In this document: positions 47,601 through 58,425 of the stretch, piece after piece | How positions within the stretch are numbered: the first letter of the stretch is position 1 | Layout: every line of letters starts with the position of its first letter | Source of the DNA: a virus | Lineage: Duplodnaviria > Caudoviricetes | Reading direction: 5' to 3' (one strand) | DNA: 59,222 nucleotides | IMG/VR virus record: IMGVR_UViG_3300043411_000192 | Coordinates: 1 to 59,222 of that record | The notes under the pieces: model-generated | What the model was told of the DNA's origin: nothing | Databases searched by the model: none | What the model saw: the letters and a program-made list of their open reading frames with translations, nothing else | Program-made: the position numbers and the translations under genes

Positions 47601-50600
47601 GAAGCTAAGGTTCGCCGTAAGGCTGAGTTCCCAGATTTTAGACAGGGACTCCAACAACAACTAGATGACGTAACAGAAGATTTCATCAAGACATATTCTG
47701 GTGGTCTTCGTGGTGATGTCGAAAAGGTTAATCCAAGAACGAACAAGAAGTATAAAGTTCGTGAAGATCCACTAGGAGAGGTTAGAAGAACCGTACAGGA
47801 TGGTCTTGCTCATACTCTAGGTGCTGAATATGATTTCATTAAAAGTGACCTTATAGAAGCTTACGCTCCCGCTCCTGGCCGTAAGGGCGTTAAGTCTGAT
47901 CGTCTAAGATTATTTGAAAAGTATTCTAAAGAATTCTCTATTGGTCTTGAATCATTTGGTGATCCTCTTCTAGATAGCCTTAATCCAGAAGATATGATGC
48001 AGCAACTGCAACAGATCGAAACTCTTCGTCAACAGGTGCGGGCACCCAATAAAGCCCAGCCCGATCTTGGAACATATGCAGCACGTATTGAGCAGGAAAA
48101 AGCTGACATTGCAGACCAGCAACAAAAGGCACGTCTTGCTGAAGCAGAGAAGCGTCAGCGTGCATATGAAAATGATGACCGTCAAGCTCGTCGTAGTGAC
48201 GACACAGAGCGTAGAGCTATTAGAGATATCCCAGATGCACCTGTCCGCAAGGGTGGAGCATTTGACGATGCTGAATCCAGATCACTTCTTGCTGCTGCTA
48301 ATAGCCAGATGGCAGAAGAGTGGACCGAGCAGGTAGCCTACGAAAGAGTCACTACTGCTGCTGTTAAATCTGTTGCTGATACGCAGCAGACAAGAGCCGT
48401 TCTCAATAAGAAGATCACTGCTGCACAAGCTAAAGCTCTGGACATCATCAATACAACTCCCGGTATTACTTCAGACGAACTGAGAAACCGTGGAGTTAGA
48501 TCATCGACTCTTACTTCGCTACAGGAGAAAGGTCTAGTTTCTAGATCCGGTGAACAATATAACACAACCAACATTGCTGACGATGAAGACGGATTAGTAA
48601 GTGCGCTACAGCGTAAGATCCGAGCACTGAATGCTCAGGCTACTGTTCTCGAAAATAAGCTTACTCCATTCACTGTTGCGGAGAATGAGCTTATTAAGGC
48701 TCTTCACAATAAAGCTAATGCTCTTAATAACCAGACTGCTGCTTCTAAGAAGTCTAATCCTTTCGATGCCCCAGAGCCTTCTAAGAAGTCTAAGAGAGGT
48801 TCATCTGGTGATGAAGATTCTGAGCCACGCAAGCAACCAGACGGAATACCATTCCCTAATGTAAATGAAGACTTCGATCCTGAAGATGGATGGAATGCTA
48901 CTCAGGCTGCGATGCAGAAGGTTAACGCTGCATGGATGCAACAGGCTACTCTTCTAGAGCTTTACAACACTGAAATCCAGCCACTTATGGCACAGCAGTT
49001 TGCTGCATATCAGGCTGTTACGCTAGCTCTTACTAAACAACTAGCTGGCGCTACGATGATGGACATCGCCAATGACCCCAATGGTCTTGGTGCGATGTAT
49101 GCTCAGGGATTAACTGATACAAGAATCGCTGATACTGAGCTAAGAGGATTAAGTGCAGAACAAATTGCTGGCGACCCGGCTACAGCTAAGAGACTGATTG
49201 AGGCTGAGGGTAAGCTTGCTGGTCTAACCAACGAGGAAGCCACACGAAGAGCCGAGCATATTCTTAAGTCTCCACAGCTTCTTAAGTCAGAGATAGAACT
49301 GATTCTTGTTAACCAGAAGGTTGCTGCTGCCCGTGCTGCCCTTCTGAATAGTCCACAGTTCAGAGACAACTATATTGGTTCAAAGGTAGCCGAGAGAGCA
49401 CCTAAGTTTGTTCTTGATACAGACGTACAGGCTGCACTAGGTGACCGTGAAGATGTCAAAGATGCTAGAGCACGCCGTCGTGTTCAAAACAATACTGCTC
49501 GTGCAGAAACTACACGCCGTGTTCAGAATGATCCCGCTCTTGCTAGTGAGGATCTAGCTGCTGCTGTATCTCTACATCTTTCAAGAGTTCAGTCTTCATC
49601 TGCTAAGTGGCTACAGATTGCAAGCTACTCTTCTGTAATTGCTACTGATGCGGCAGAGGAAAAGGCTGCTAGAGATAAACTAACTAAAGCTATCAACGAT
49701 GAATACTTCATGCGTAAAGCTTCTAATGAAGGTTTAACTCCAAATGCAGCAACGGGTCGAGGTCTAGCAGACGTAGAGAAGCTAGAAGAAAAAGCAGGCA
49801 CAAGAAGTGCCATTGCTGATGATGATACCCTAGAGGCTCGTTACGTTCGCTCTCAGGTAGATTTAATTGAAGCTAACAACAAGCTTGCTGCGAAGGTTGA
49901 AGCTCTAGCTGCTAGCACTCCTTCAATTCTACAGTCAAGACTTGAAAAAGTTACCGCTCAAAGAACTTCTAAGATTGATCTTGAAGAGGCTTATCTTGCA
50001 ACCCCAGAAGGTCAAGATGAAGTCCGTCGTCGTGCTGCTCTAAACCAGCAACGTAGACAGCTTACTGGCACAACAAGAGAAACACCTTACCAGAAGGCAA
50101 AGGCTAACCCCGGAGAATTCTTCGGTGGCGGTGCGCTATCATCTCTACGTTACGGTCTGCCATCAATGCTTCTTTACGGAGCCGGTTCTGGTCTAATGAA
50201 CACAATCAGGGAAGCTGAGGAACTACAGGTTGCTCTAGCTAAACTTGAAAGTCAGTTCAATGCTGTATTCCAGGGACAGGATTTCGCTCCTGTTCGTCAA
50301 CAGATTCTTGACGTAGCCCAGGATACTGGTCTTGCTGCCGATGAGATTGCCAACCTACAAATTCAGATTACTGGTGCGTTCTCCGGTAAGGATACCAAGG
50401 GTAAGCAGATCTCAATTGGTGGAGACTCTGGACAGGTTCTAGTTGAAAAGCAAGTTGCTTCTGCCGCTAAGCTAGCACAGACTGTAGGTCTACCTCTTGC
50501 AGAAATCACTGACGGTTTAACTGCTGCCTCTCTAGCTTTCGATACTAGCTTTGAGAAGATCGGTGACGTTGCCCTAGCGATTGAGCAAGAGTCTGGTGTG

Positions 50601-53600
50601 CTTGCTAAGGAAACAATTTCCTTCATCGGTGACATCGCCCCTGTAGCCCAGGAGGCTGGTTACTCTCTAGAAGAATTCGCTTCTATCGCTGCGGTTGCCC
50701 AGCAAAGATCGGGTCGTTCTGGTGCTGCCCTAGCTGAGTCATTCGGTCGTGTGATCCCAGCTATTACAGAACAGAAAGATAAGCTATTAGAATTAGCTTC
50801 CATCGCTCCATCTCTAGGAGGCGATGAGTTTGTTGACGCTATCCGTAGCTCTGATCCAAAGGCTATCCTTGATGCTATTGGTAGATCATATGCTGGATTG
50901 AATAAAGAGGCCCAGCAAACAATCGTCACTCTACTAGGTGGTCGTCGTGAGGCTCAGGCTCTTATCCCTGCTCTAGCTAACCAGGGTCTAACAGACAGAC
51001 TAGAAGACGTTGCGAAGAACAGTGCCGGAACTCTAGATGAGCGTTTCCAGAAGATTAAGACAACAATCACTAACACTCTACAGCGTATCACCGAGCTTGT
51101 TCGTCAAGTTGGTGTTGAGCTTCTAGAGGCTGGTTTCGCTGATGCGTTCTTGAATGCTCTTAAGGGAGCCAAGCTGTTCCTTAACATCCTTACTCCTGTT
51201 GCGAAGATCATCTCAACAATCAATGACGCATTTGGCGGGCTTCCTGTTCAGATCCTACTAGGTGTTGCTGCTCTTAAGGTAATGCAGGCTCTTCTTACAA
51301 AGACTGCTGCCGATGGAACAACTTCACTTATCGGTGGTAGAGTTACAAACTCTATCTTTGGTCCACAAGGATTACTACAGAACGCTACTGCCGGCTACAG
51401 CGGTGGATTCAAGAATAACTTCCGTCAAGGAGTATTACAGTCTAGAGGAATCTCCCCAACTTCTGCCGCAGGGCAGAGCTTAAGAACATCTTCTCTTCTT
51501 GGTTCTGCTGGTCTTGGTGGTGGGATCAAGGCCACTGGCCGTGGCGCTCTTTCTGTCCTTGGAGGTGGCTCAGTTGCCCTGGGTGCTGGCTTCGTAGGCA
51601 TTACTGCACTAGCCGCTCTATACGGTAAGGTAAATTCTGAGATTGATAAGTCTGAAGCGCAACTACAAGAACTTCGTGACGAAATTGAGCAGGGTAATGA
51701 AAACATTGATCTGGAAGATGTAGATCTACGCAGTGATAGAATTGCAGATCTTACAGCAAGAGCGGAATCTGAAAGTAAAAGAGTTGAAGAATGGTATGAG
51801 GGCTGGAATGGATTCCTGATCCAGCTTGGCGTTGTGCAAAGTAAGGCTGAGATTCTAGCAACTGAAGCACAGGTGCTGGAGAACTTCGATACTAAGACTA
51901 ATGAATTTTTCCAGTATGCAGATACCACAACACTAAAGGCCACTAGTGAATTAGTAAGACCAAAACTTGGAAGACCAACTGGAAACTTCAGAGATGCAAT
52001 AACTGGATCTGGTGGTATCTTTGGAAGTGAAGGAACTAAAAAGTTCGTTTACGATAAAGAGGGAGAGATACGTCGGGACACGAGTGAAACTGGGGCTGAA
52101 GCTAACCAGATTAAGCTTAAAGAAGATGAACAGCGTTTTATTGAAGAATCAGCTCGTTTAGCTGGAGTTAAAGTTCCAGAACTTGATCCAAGAATTGTAT
52201 CTCTATTACTCGACCCCGGTAATAACCCAGGTGAATTAATCAAAGAAGCTGCTGAGGGGAATGGTAAATATGCAGAGTATGGAGAGAAATTCGTTGAGCA
52301 GGCAGGTGTAGTAAGAAAAGCATTTGCTGACGCTGGGTATAGCGATAAGGAAATTGCTAACTTTATTGAGTCAGCTAAAGGAACTGACCTTAGCCCAATT
52401 GAGGCTAATGCTCTTAATCTTGAACAGATTAAGGCAGCATTTGACGTGGGCGTTATCTCCTTCGATGAGTATGCAAGAAGACTACGAGAGAAACTAGATC
52501 AGCGTAGACAGATTCTAGCTTCTGGGGATCAGACCGAGGCTTCAGAACTTGAAATGCTTCAGGTGGCTCAGCAAGAAGCTGAACTAAACAAGCAACTCTC
52601 TGAATCTGTTCTTGCTGGTCAGGAACGACTACAGGCTATTGACGATGCATATGGAACTGGACAGAACAATACTGATGCCAGAACCCTTATGGTCAACCTT
52701 GATAACCTTAACAACCCTAACTTCCAAGATAAAGATCTAAGATTACAAGCTGCTCTTAATGTTATTGAAGCGCAGAAGAGAATTGATATTGACCTTGCTT
52801 TGGCGACTGGGAGTATTGATGAGGTGCTTAAGGTCCTTAACGAGGGAAGCAAAGTTAATGCTACTGCTAGATCCGTAATAGCCTTTAACCAACTAGAGCA
52901 AAGTCAAACATTCAAGGATGCTAGGGGCGAGCTAATAAAGGCATTCCGATACCTATTTGATTTAGATGTCACCAGCGCCGATATTGACAAGTTCTATCAA
53001 ACAATCTTCACAGATGTTTTCGATGATGGTGCTCTAAATGCTGAGAACTCTGCGAACCTTCAGACCCGCCTAGATGATGTTATTGGTCAGATTAATGCTA
53101 AGGGATTTGATCCAGATTCTGACGCTGGTGAAGCTGCTCTTACAGCATTCGATTCTTTCATTCAGCTTCTTAACTTCTCAGGAGTCAGTAGAGAGAAACT
53201 TCTAGAGGCTCTAAAGAGAAATAGCCAGTATGCTAACATGACACCAGAACAGCTAAATGCTGAACTGGATGCAATACTAAGCGCACAAATTCTGCCAGAC
53301 CCAGCGGCAGTAGCTAAGGCAAATAGAGATACTGCACTAGGTGATATCAATGATGCCTTCACTCCAAGTAGAACTAGTGCTGAAAGTAATTCTGTAGCTC
53401 AGGCTCTTTATGCTAAGCAGCAAGCTGATGCTGAACTAGCTTACTTAAAGGACCCCAAGAATGGTGCCACTCAAAAAGAAATCAATGACGCTATCCAGAA
53501 GCAACAAGAAGCAGAGAATGAATTAGCTGCCGCTTTCGCAAGTGCAGCTAGCTCTATGTTTGATCTTGCAGCTACTGAACAAAGAATCGCTGGTGATATA

Positions 53601-54914
53601 GTTGGGTCTATTAATAGTGAGATTGCGGCGATAGATGTTCAAATAGAAGCTGCTGCGGCTGCCCAGGATTGGGTTGCTGTAAATAATCTTAATGCACAGA
53701 AAGCGCAGAAATACGAGGAACTGAGAAAGCAGTATGTTTCAGAGGCTAATGCTGTCTCTCAGCTTAACGCTGGACTTGCCACTATCAATGGTGACCTAGT
53801 AGGGGCTGCTCTATATGCTCTACAAGAGGCAGACAATAATGTTAATGCTGCCCGCTCTCCCGAAGAGAAGGCTTCTGCCCTACTTGCTCAGGCTCAGGCA
53901 CGAGACAACCTAAGAAAGCAACAGCTAGAAGATCAACTTGCTCCTTACAGCGTGTTCGCTGCATACCTAGAAGGAGAGGGAGATAGTCTTAACGCTGCAA
54001 TCACTCGTCAGAAGGAAGCTCAGATTCGTCTGGACAATGCCAAGGGACCACAGGAGCGTGCGGCTGCTGAGGTTGCGAAGCTTGCTGCTGACCAGCAGGT
54101 ACGTCAGGAGAGAGCAACAATTAGAGATGCTTCTTACGCTCTGTTCTCTTCAGAAATCGCAGGTAACGATCCTGTTGCTCAGGCAAAGGTTGCTGAAGCT
54201 CTAGCTAGACAGCAATTGAAAGATGCTCGTGGTGTTGTTGAAAAGGCTAACGCACAGGTCAACCTAAATAACGCTCAAAAGGCATTGAACGATGCCATGA
54301 ACGAAGCTAGATACTCAGTCTACAACCTACGCCAAGCTGAACTACAAGCTATGGATGATGACGTAGGCGCTGCTCAACTTGCTGCTGAACTAGCAAGAAT
54401 CCAGCTTAACGATGCCATCAAGGCTGGTGCAGGAACCGCTGCAATCAACCAGCTAAGAGGTCAGGTTATCACAGCCGACAAGGCTGCTCGTGATATGGTA
54501 ATCAACGAGAAGCTAGATGAATACAAGTGGCTACTTGACATGGGACAGATCACTCAGTCTCAATACATCAAGTATCTAGAGTCACTACAGTCAACTCTAG
54601 CTCCTGGCTCTAAGCAATTCAAGGATCTAGCTCTTACCATTAAGCAACTTAAAGATGGTATCTCTAGTGATCTTCAGGCCAATCTACCTACATCATTGAG
54701 ACTTCCGACGTTATATGAAGTAAGAAGATTCGATCAGACTGGTGCTTCTTCTGGCGGTGCAACTGCTGGAATAGGTTATCAGGACAATCGACAGGTAAGT
54801 ATTCAGATCGAAGTGAACAACGCAGATCAAGATACTCAGGGTATCGTGCTTCAGACTATCGAGGAAGCTCTTGGTACTGGACGAAACGGATACGGATCGA
54901 GAAGATATGGCTAG
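44607..54914 (+). CDS. Tape measure protein (3435 aa) with a very long N-terminal extension carrying extra domains
   Basis: Follows the frameshifted chaperones; Ala/Glu/Gln-rich helical sequence. The TMP-like core starts near 50100, with hydrophobic segments at about 51150-51620. Confidence 0.88.
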   Translation: MANNKVMIDLLVNPKTAKAGLNELESYLNKLQRSAGGSSTAKVAQLPREAKSRLLDTKQVVNGKDTAELKKQEQLLMRMARERGKLLGLAQAELTVAAKAAGKQASSIEVGKLKKVSSAAFATSLGLDALPVAIQKEFDKVAQQTRLAVNKAVGKLSGVAAQKEFRTQSNQILNEVGVTKPTRVRSAARVAAETPRRVAGTPTPQQERPKKVRSAKPLDTSTSDSRTQKAADSNAKDAERSAASQKASRQRSDKALAAKAASDERAAKLSSQREKSGERAAKKAEAGLGTTSKVESPKWRGNFPKEQVAAAQKNAEKLLATRIPVDALDDVLKNGLKTQFEDIRTQGGNSKGARDRTESFWGVPKDARPDQRPKYGFLADKKGLSKTSGYGQVLLNLELDPGQVSVTLGDSGSDVPSDVVSLKDFKEKEYDDLARYSNPRDDYIETQMRGNIGREQIKSVEFLPEAMATKADLNKLLDVADVANRAGLPLKVTQQPGDILEPAQNTQQRLSGVVEALKAKGLDIELTPLNEAVERFGTKLKSVTDLPSKALAPIYAEDAAKIPSQVEGFQKDIDQDTRFSKAKEAEEVKQVAAEKRVTKATEKEAQILAAKTSAAAQAPAQTAAPQQSLIPEQRPVKDINAETMAKLKALQDEYLQTWKKKVILERAGQESRNKVYQIEKQIEVTKDQERITALKALRSREQSIQKSITAESRKVGDAIDSIREEAFTLPDIDQSEKFMSNYPAREIFQSQAGTLERKAREQLEQEAGLTKGVKTNFDAEIEAELKKQLGDEKTLTNLTETEVSIRRRSVGSELATTKASRRRAEALKVDEVIPPTPRRADIVPTAPPPVIEAQSVTKAEKRRIVQGRGQERADYFARGSRGVDPIVVDGEERKALEAKTRERVASETQADVATRGAASLQQLEALEAAEAAKQLAAERQITAVVEQEAIDRKTFYSRGGRTRAETNAAERERRAGVRADQGDYVKDLEDQYGPQVVKEAKVRRKAEFPDFRQGLQQQLDDVTEDFIKTYSGGLRGDVEKVNPRTNKKYKVREDPLGEVRRTVQDGLAHTLGAEYDFIKSDLIEAYAPAPGRKGVKSDRLRLFEKYSKEFSIGLESFGDPLLDSLNPEDMMQQLQQIETLRQQVRAPNKAQPDLGTYAARIEQEKADIADQQQKARLAEAEKRQRAYENDDRQARRSDDTERRAIRDIPDAPVRKGGAFDDAESRSLLAAANSQMAEEWTEQVAYERVTTAAVKSVADTQQTRAVLNKKITAAQAKALDIINTTPGITSDELRNRGVRSSTLTSLQEKGLVSRSGEQYNTTNIADDEDGLVSALQRKIRALNAQATVLENKLTPFTVAENELIKALHNKANALNNQTAASKKSNPFDAPEPSKKSKRGSSGDEDSEPRKQPDGIPFPNVNEDFDPEDGWNATQAAMQKVNAAWMQQATLLELYNTEIQPLMAQQFAAYQAVTLALTKQLAGATMMDIANDPNGLGAMYAQGLTDTRIADTELRGLSAEQIAGDPATAKRLIEAEGKLAGLTNEEATRRAEHILKSPQLLKSEIELILVNQKVAAARAALLNSPQFRDNYIGSKVAERAPKFVLDTDVQAALGDREDVKDARARRRVQNNTARAETTRRVQNDPALASEDLAAAVSLHLSRVQSSSAKWLQIASYSSVIATDAAEEKAARDKLTKAINDEYFMRKASNEGLTPNAATGRGLADVEKLEEKAGTRSAIADDDTLEARYVRSQVDLIEANNKLAAKVEALAASTPSILQSRLEKVTAQRTSKIDLEEAYLATPEGQDEVRRRAALNQQRRQLTGTTRETPYQKAKANPGEFFGGGALSSLRYGLPSMLLYGAGSGLMNTIREAEELQVALAKLESQFNAVFQGQDFAPVRQQILDVAQDTGLAADEIANLQIQITGAFSGKDTKGKQISIGGDSGQVLVEKQVASAAKLAQTVGLPLAEITDGLTAASLAFDTSFEKIGDVALAIEQESGVLAKETISFIGDIAPVAQEAGYSLEEFASIAAVAQQRSGRSGAALAESFGRVIPAITEQKDKLLELASIAPSLGGDEFVDAIRSSDPKAILDAIGRSYAGLNKEAQQTIVTLLGGRREAQALIPALANQGLTDRLEDVAKNSAGTLDERFQKIKTTITNTLQRITELVRQVGVELLEAGFADAFLNALKGAKLFLNILTPVAKIISTINDAFGGLPVQILLGVAALKVMQALLTKTAADGTTSLIGGRVTNSIFGPQGLLQNATAGYSGGFKNNFRQGVLQSRGISPTSAAGQSLRTSSLLGSAGLGGGIKATGRGALSVLGGGSVALGAGFVGITALAALYGKVNSEIDKSEAQLQELRDEIEQGNENIDLEDVDLRSDRIADLTARAESESKRVEEWYEGWNGFLIQLGVVQSKAEILATEAQVLENFDTKTNEFFQYADTTTLKATSELVRPKLGRPTGNFRDAITGSGGIFGSEGTKKFVYDKEGEIRRDTSETGAEANQIKLKEDEQRFIEESARLAGVKVPELDPRIVSLLLDPGNNPGELIKEAAEGNGKYAEYGEKFVEQAGVVRKAFADAGYSDKEIANFIESAKGTDLSPIEANALNLEQIKAAFDVGVISFDEYARRLREKLDQRRQILASGDQTEASELEMLQVAQQEAELNKQLSESVLAGQERLQAIDDAYGTGQNNTDARTLMVNLDNLNNPNFQDKDLRLQAALNVIEAQKRIDIDLALATGSIDEVLKVLNEGSKVNATARSVIAFNQLEQSQTFKDARGELIKAFRYLFDLDVTSADIDKFYQTIFTDVFDDGALNAENSANLQTRLDDVIGQINAKGFDPDSDAGEAALTAFDSFIQLLNFSGVSREKLLEALKRNSQYANMTPEQLNAELDAILSAQILPDPAAVAKANRDTALGDINDAFTPSRTSAESNSVAQALYAKQQADAELAYLKDPKNGATQKEINDAIQKQQEAENELAAAFASAASSMFDLAATEQRIAGDIVGSINSEIAAIDVQIEAAAAAQDWVAVNNLNAQKAQKYEELRKQYVSEANAVSQLNAGLATINGDLVGAALYALQEADNNVNAARSPEEKASALLAQAQARDNLRKQQLEDQLAPYSVFAAYLEGEGDSLNAAITRQKEAQIRLDNAKGPQERAAAEVAKLAADQQVRQERATIRDASYALFSSEIAGNDPVAQAKVAEALARQQLKDARGVVEKANAQVNLNNAQKALNDAMNEARYSVYNLRQAELQAMDDDVGAAQLAAELARIQLNDAIKAGAGTAAINQLRGQVITADKAARDMVINEKLDEYKWLLDMGQITQSQYIKYLESLQSTLAPGSKQFKDLALTIKQLKDGISSDLQANLPTSLRLPTLYEVRRFDQTGASSGGATAGIGYQDNRQVSIQIEVNNADQDTQGIVLQTIEEALGTGRNGYGSRRYG

Positions 54915-55320
54915 GTCAGCATGGAGATTTATTGACCCAATCACGACTGAAGAATATGCATGGCCGGTTAATCCTCGTGAGGATTCCGGCTCGCATACTA
55001 TCACTCGTTCTACTAACTATGCTTCTGTTGCTGCACAGCGTAGAACTTCTGCAAATGTTGACACTATAGATACGGTCATTCATCAAAAGAATATGGAACA
55101 ACAGACCTTTAGTTATACTGGTTATGTATATAATCAACAGCAGTATGATGCTTTAGAATCTTGGGCATCAAAGGATTATGCCGTTGAATTATATGACGAC
55201 CTTGGTAGAGGGTTCCTTATCTACACAACAGATATAAGTTTTTCAAGGGTTCGTTCTAATCAGAATCCGTATAAGCATGATTATACTTTTACTGGAATCA
55301 TTTTGGAAAGAATAGTATAG
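54907..55320 (+). CDS. Minor tail protein (distal-tail/Dit-like), paralog 1
   Basis: Follows the TMP; W...D....EY...VNP...FS..G...DDL.R motif shared with 58425-58880. Confidence 0.6.
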   Translation: MARSAWRFIDPITTEEYAWPVNPREDSGSHTITRSTNYASVAAQRRTSANVDTIDTVIHQKNMEQQTFSYTGYVYNQQQYDALESWASKDYAVELYDDLGRGFLIYTTDISFSRVRSNQNPYKHDYTFTGIILERIV

Positions 55321-55329
55321 GAGTTTATT

Positions 55330-57315
55330 ATGAGTTGGCCCCCATTTGGATATCCATTTACAGACGGCGTTAAAGACGTAGAAGCTGCTGACGTTAATGA
55401 TATTGTTTCTCAGCTTGTTGCCCACTTGGCTGATGTTACTAGCGTTCATGGCATTACCGATACTGGTAATCTTGTTACTTTTTCTGGCGGTGGAGATTTA
55501 GAAGAACTAGCTGAAGACATTGTTGCTGCTATGTTCTCTTCAGGAACGCACACAGGGCTGTCTGTTAGCTACAATGATACTACTGGGGCACTGAGCTTAA
55601 CTGTTACAGGAACGGGCGCCACTGGGCCACAGGGGCCACCTGGGGCTACTGGTCCACAAGGCTTCACTGGTTCTCCCGGCGCTAGTGTTCAAGGTGCTAC
55701 TGGTGCTGGTGTAACAGGCGCAACAGGACCTATTGGTAATACTGGTGTACACGGATTTACTGGACCTACTGGTGAAACCGGTCCTCAGGGTTCAACTGGT
55801 GCTACTGGCGCTCCCGGTAGTCCCGGTGGTGCTTCTGGTCCAACCGGCCCAACTGGTGTCCAAGGGGCTACTGGCGCTCAAGGTACGACAGGTACAGCAG
55901 GTACAGATGGCGCTACAGGTGCTACTGGACCGATTACCGATCTAACTCCTTCGGACGCTTGGTCTGGCTCAAGCGTATCGTACAGTGTTGGCGATGTTGT
56001 TATGTATATTTCGGTTTCGCCACCATTTACTATTAGCACTTGGTATTGCTACAACGCTCACACTTCTAGTGGTACTAACTTCCCAACTATAAGTGGTGAC
56101 GGTGCTGCTTATTGGACAGCTTTATCTACACATGCCCCCGGCGCTACAGGTTCCACGGGACCAGTAGGTGCTTCGGGTTCACCCGGCGGCGCAACAGGAC
56201 CAACTGGTCCCGTCGGTTCTACAGGTTCTCCTGGTGGCGCTACCGGGGCTACAGGACCCGGTGGCGGAGCTGCTGGCTTTGTTTATAACTCGGCTCTTAC
56301 TCCAAGTGACAATGTATTCGATGACTGGTCCACTTTAATGACTGCAATCTCAACTATCGAGAACCCAGTTGAAATCTTTATTCAGCAATCTGAGGTTATT
56401 CCATCAGGCACTTGGGATCTTACTAATGTAACTATCACTGGTATGTTTGATTTCACAGGCACTCCAGCAACAACGGCTTTGCTCTGCGAGGATGGCGCAG
56501 TTATAACAGGCAACCACATCACTCTTCGTAATATGACTTTGCAAACAGAGTCAACAGACTACGTTTATGTTGTTAGTGGCTACGCTTACTGGTACCTAGA
56601 TGGGGCAACAATCCAGTCTTCTGGTGATCCTTTCTTCCATGTTCCGCTAGCAGATATTCTAGTAGTAAATGTAGATAGACTATATAGCGATACCGCAGGT
56701 TTTAAGTCTGAGGGATCATTCAACCAACCTGTTCTTGAAATTAATGGAACAGCAGGATTTAACTTGGGTGATAAGACTATCATTGACACCGATACTGTGA
56801 TTGGTGATGGCTTCTTAGCAATAATTTGTTCAGAAACAGGCACAGCTTCGTTGGGGGAGCAAAATACTTACACCGGAACCTTTGACTTTGATGCACATGA
56901 ATCAAACCCAGGTATGTCTCAGTTCATTACTAAAGATATGTTGAGAGTTACATATCCACTAACAACTAACAACATTGAAACCGCAGCAGGTACAGATGCT
57001 GTGCTTACGGTTACGGGTTCTCAAGCCGCAGGTAAGATCACTATTCTGGCTGGTACGGCTTCTCTTTCTGCTGGACTACAGGCTTCGATCACTCAGGCTA
57101 ACTGGTTCCAATGGGGGCCACAGATGGTAGATACATTTACAGATGTGGATATTGCTGTAACGTTAACTCCTGCCAACGCAGCGGCAGCAGACTTCACAGG
57201 TGTATACGTCACAACAACTGCTGGGTGGATGGAGATTAGAACTACAGCAGCATTCACAGCGGAAGAAACATATGAATGGTATTACCAAGTAATTGATAGT
57301 AGCGGCTGGGTGTAA
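55330..57315 (+). CDS. Collagen-like minor tail/fibre protein
   Basis: Two G-X-T collagen blocks flanking a small W...SY.VGDVV module, followed by a beta-rich C-terminus. Confidence 0.78.
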   Translation: MSWPPFGYPFTDGVKDVEAADVNDIVSQLVAHLADVTSVHGITDTGNLVTFSGGGDLEELAEDIVAAMFSSGTHTGLSVSYNDTTGALSLTVTGTGATGPQGPPGATGPQGFTGSPGASVQGATGAGVTGATGPIGNTGVHGFTGPTGETGPQGSTGATGAPGSPGGASGPTGPTGVQGATGAQGTTGTAGTDGATGATGPITDLTPSDAWSGSSVSYSVGDVVMYISVSPPFTISTWYCYNAHTSSGTNFPTISGDGAAYWTALSTHAPGATGSTGPVGASGSPGGATGPTGPVGSTGSPGGATGATGPGGGAAGFVYNSALTPSDNVFDDWSTLMTAISTIENPVEIFIQQSEVIPSGTWDLTNVTITGMFDFTGTPATTALLCEDGAVITGNHITLRNMTLQTESTDYVYVVSGYAYWYLDGATIQSSGDPFFHVPLADILVVNVDRLYSDTAGFKSEGSFNQPVLEINGTAGFNLGDKTIIDTDTVIGDGFLAIICSETGTASLGEQNTYTGTFDFDAHESNPGMSQFITKDMLRVTYPLTTNNIETAAGTDAVLTVTGSQAAGKITILAGTASLSAGLQASITQANWFQWGPQMVDTFTDVDIAVTLTPANAAAADFTGVYVTTTAGWMEIRTTAAFTAEETYEWYYQVIDSSGWV

Positions 57316-57318
57316 GCC

Positions 57319-58425
57319 ATGCCGTTAACATCTAGTCAAGTTGGAGATATCAATAAGGCATACATTCTTGATGATTTTATTACATCAAATGGTTCCATCA
57401 CGCCAAACAACATGTATAATAGATTTCCAGACTACTTTAGACGAGATGCTGCATTCTATATAGACAACACAACGTATGACCCTAGATACAATAACTATAA
57501 TATTGGAAATCTATATGTTGACAGTGGTAATCTCGGTTGGGTGACAAACACTACAAATCCTAATGATTATCAAACAGTTACATTTGGAAGTACCGCACTG
57601 CTCGGAGCTAACTATCTTCAGGTGAATGAAGCGCAGCGAGGCGAGCTTTCTACGTCTTATGGTGGAAATATCATTTGGAAAATGTTAGATTTAACTGTTG
57701 ATCTTTCCTATGCAACTGGATTCACTAAAATTATACCACTTATGGCTAATACCAGAGAGAGCATTCAAGCCACAGACAGAGATAATCCCGGATGGAGAGC
57801 ACAGATAGAGGGTGGTGGTGCTTTGATAGAAGTTATGCCGGGTAGCGGTTTAGAGTGGACTGGATTAAGTGCTCAGTTTACGGCGGGCCTTATCATTAAC
57901 AATTCGAATCCACTTATAGAAGAATTTCTGAGTACCATGTTTGGTTACGTGCCTAAAAATTTAATAAGTATAAGTTGTACGGGACAAGAAGCAACAGGTG
58001 TTGGTGATTTACCAGAAAATGCTGTTGGAGGCGTAACCTATTGGGCTAATAGTAGAATTATTCCTATAGATTCTGAAGTTGTAAGTATATATGTTGAAGC
58101 TACCACTCACAAAGCTAGCGGTGTTCAGTATGAAATTCTAGTCAATGGTTCTCCAGCAAATAGTGTTCAGGTACCATGGGATCTTGTGTTAGAAAATGTT
58201 GGTGAACTACCTCCCGATGCGAAGATCAGAAAATCCATAGCCACACCCAATAGACTATCTATTAGAAATCGTAGATTTGAATATAATTGGTATGATAATG
58301 ATATTTCTTATACCCTGTTAAGTCCAGCCTATGCAGAAACTATCTATCATAAAGCTGGGATCGGTATAGGTTCAGATGCTGGATATTACAATGGAAATAC
58401 AGGTTGGAAAGTAGGAGCAATATAA
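57319..58425 (+). CDS. Hypothetical minor tail protein
   Basis: 368-aa beta-rich ORF in the tail module. Confidence 0.6.
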   Translation: MPLTSSQVGDINKAYILDDFITSNGSITPNNMYNRFPDYFRRDAAFYIDNTTYDPRYNNYNIGNLYVDSGNLGWVTNTTNPNDYQTVTFGSTALLGANYLQVNEAQRGELSTSYGGNIIWKMLDLTVDLSYATGFTKIIPLMANTRESIQATDRDNPGWRAQIEGGGALIEVMPGSGLEWTGLSAQFTAGLIINNSNPLIEEFLSTMFGYVPKNLISISCTGQEATGVGDLPENAVGGVTYWANSRIIPIDSEVVSIYVEATTHKASGVQYEILVNGSPANSVQVPWDLVLENVGELPPDAKIRKSIATPNRLSIRNRRFEYNWYDNDISYTLLSPAYAETIYHKAGIGIGSDAGYYNGNTGWKVGAI

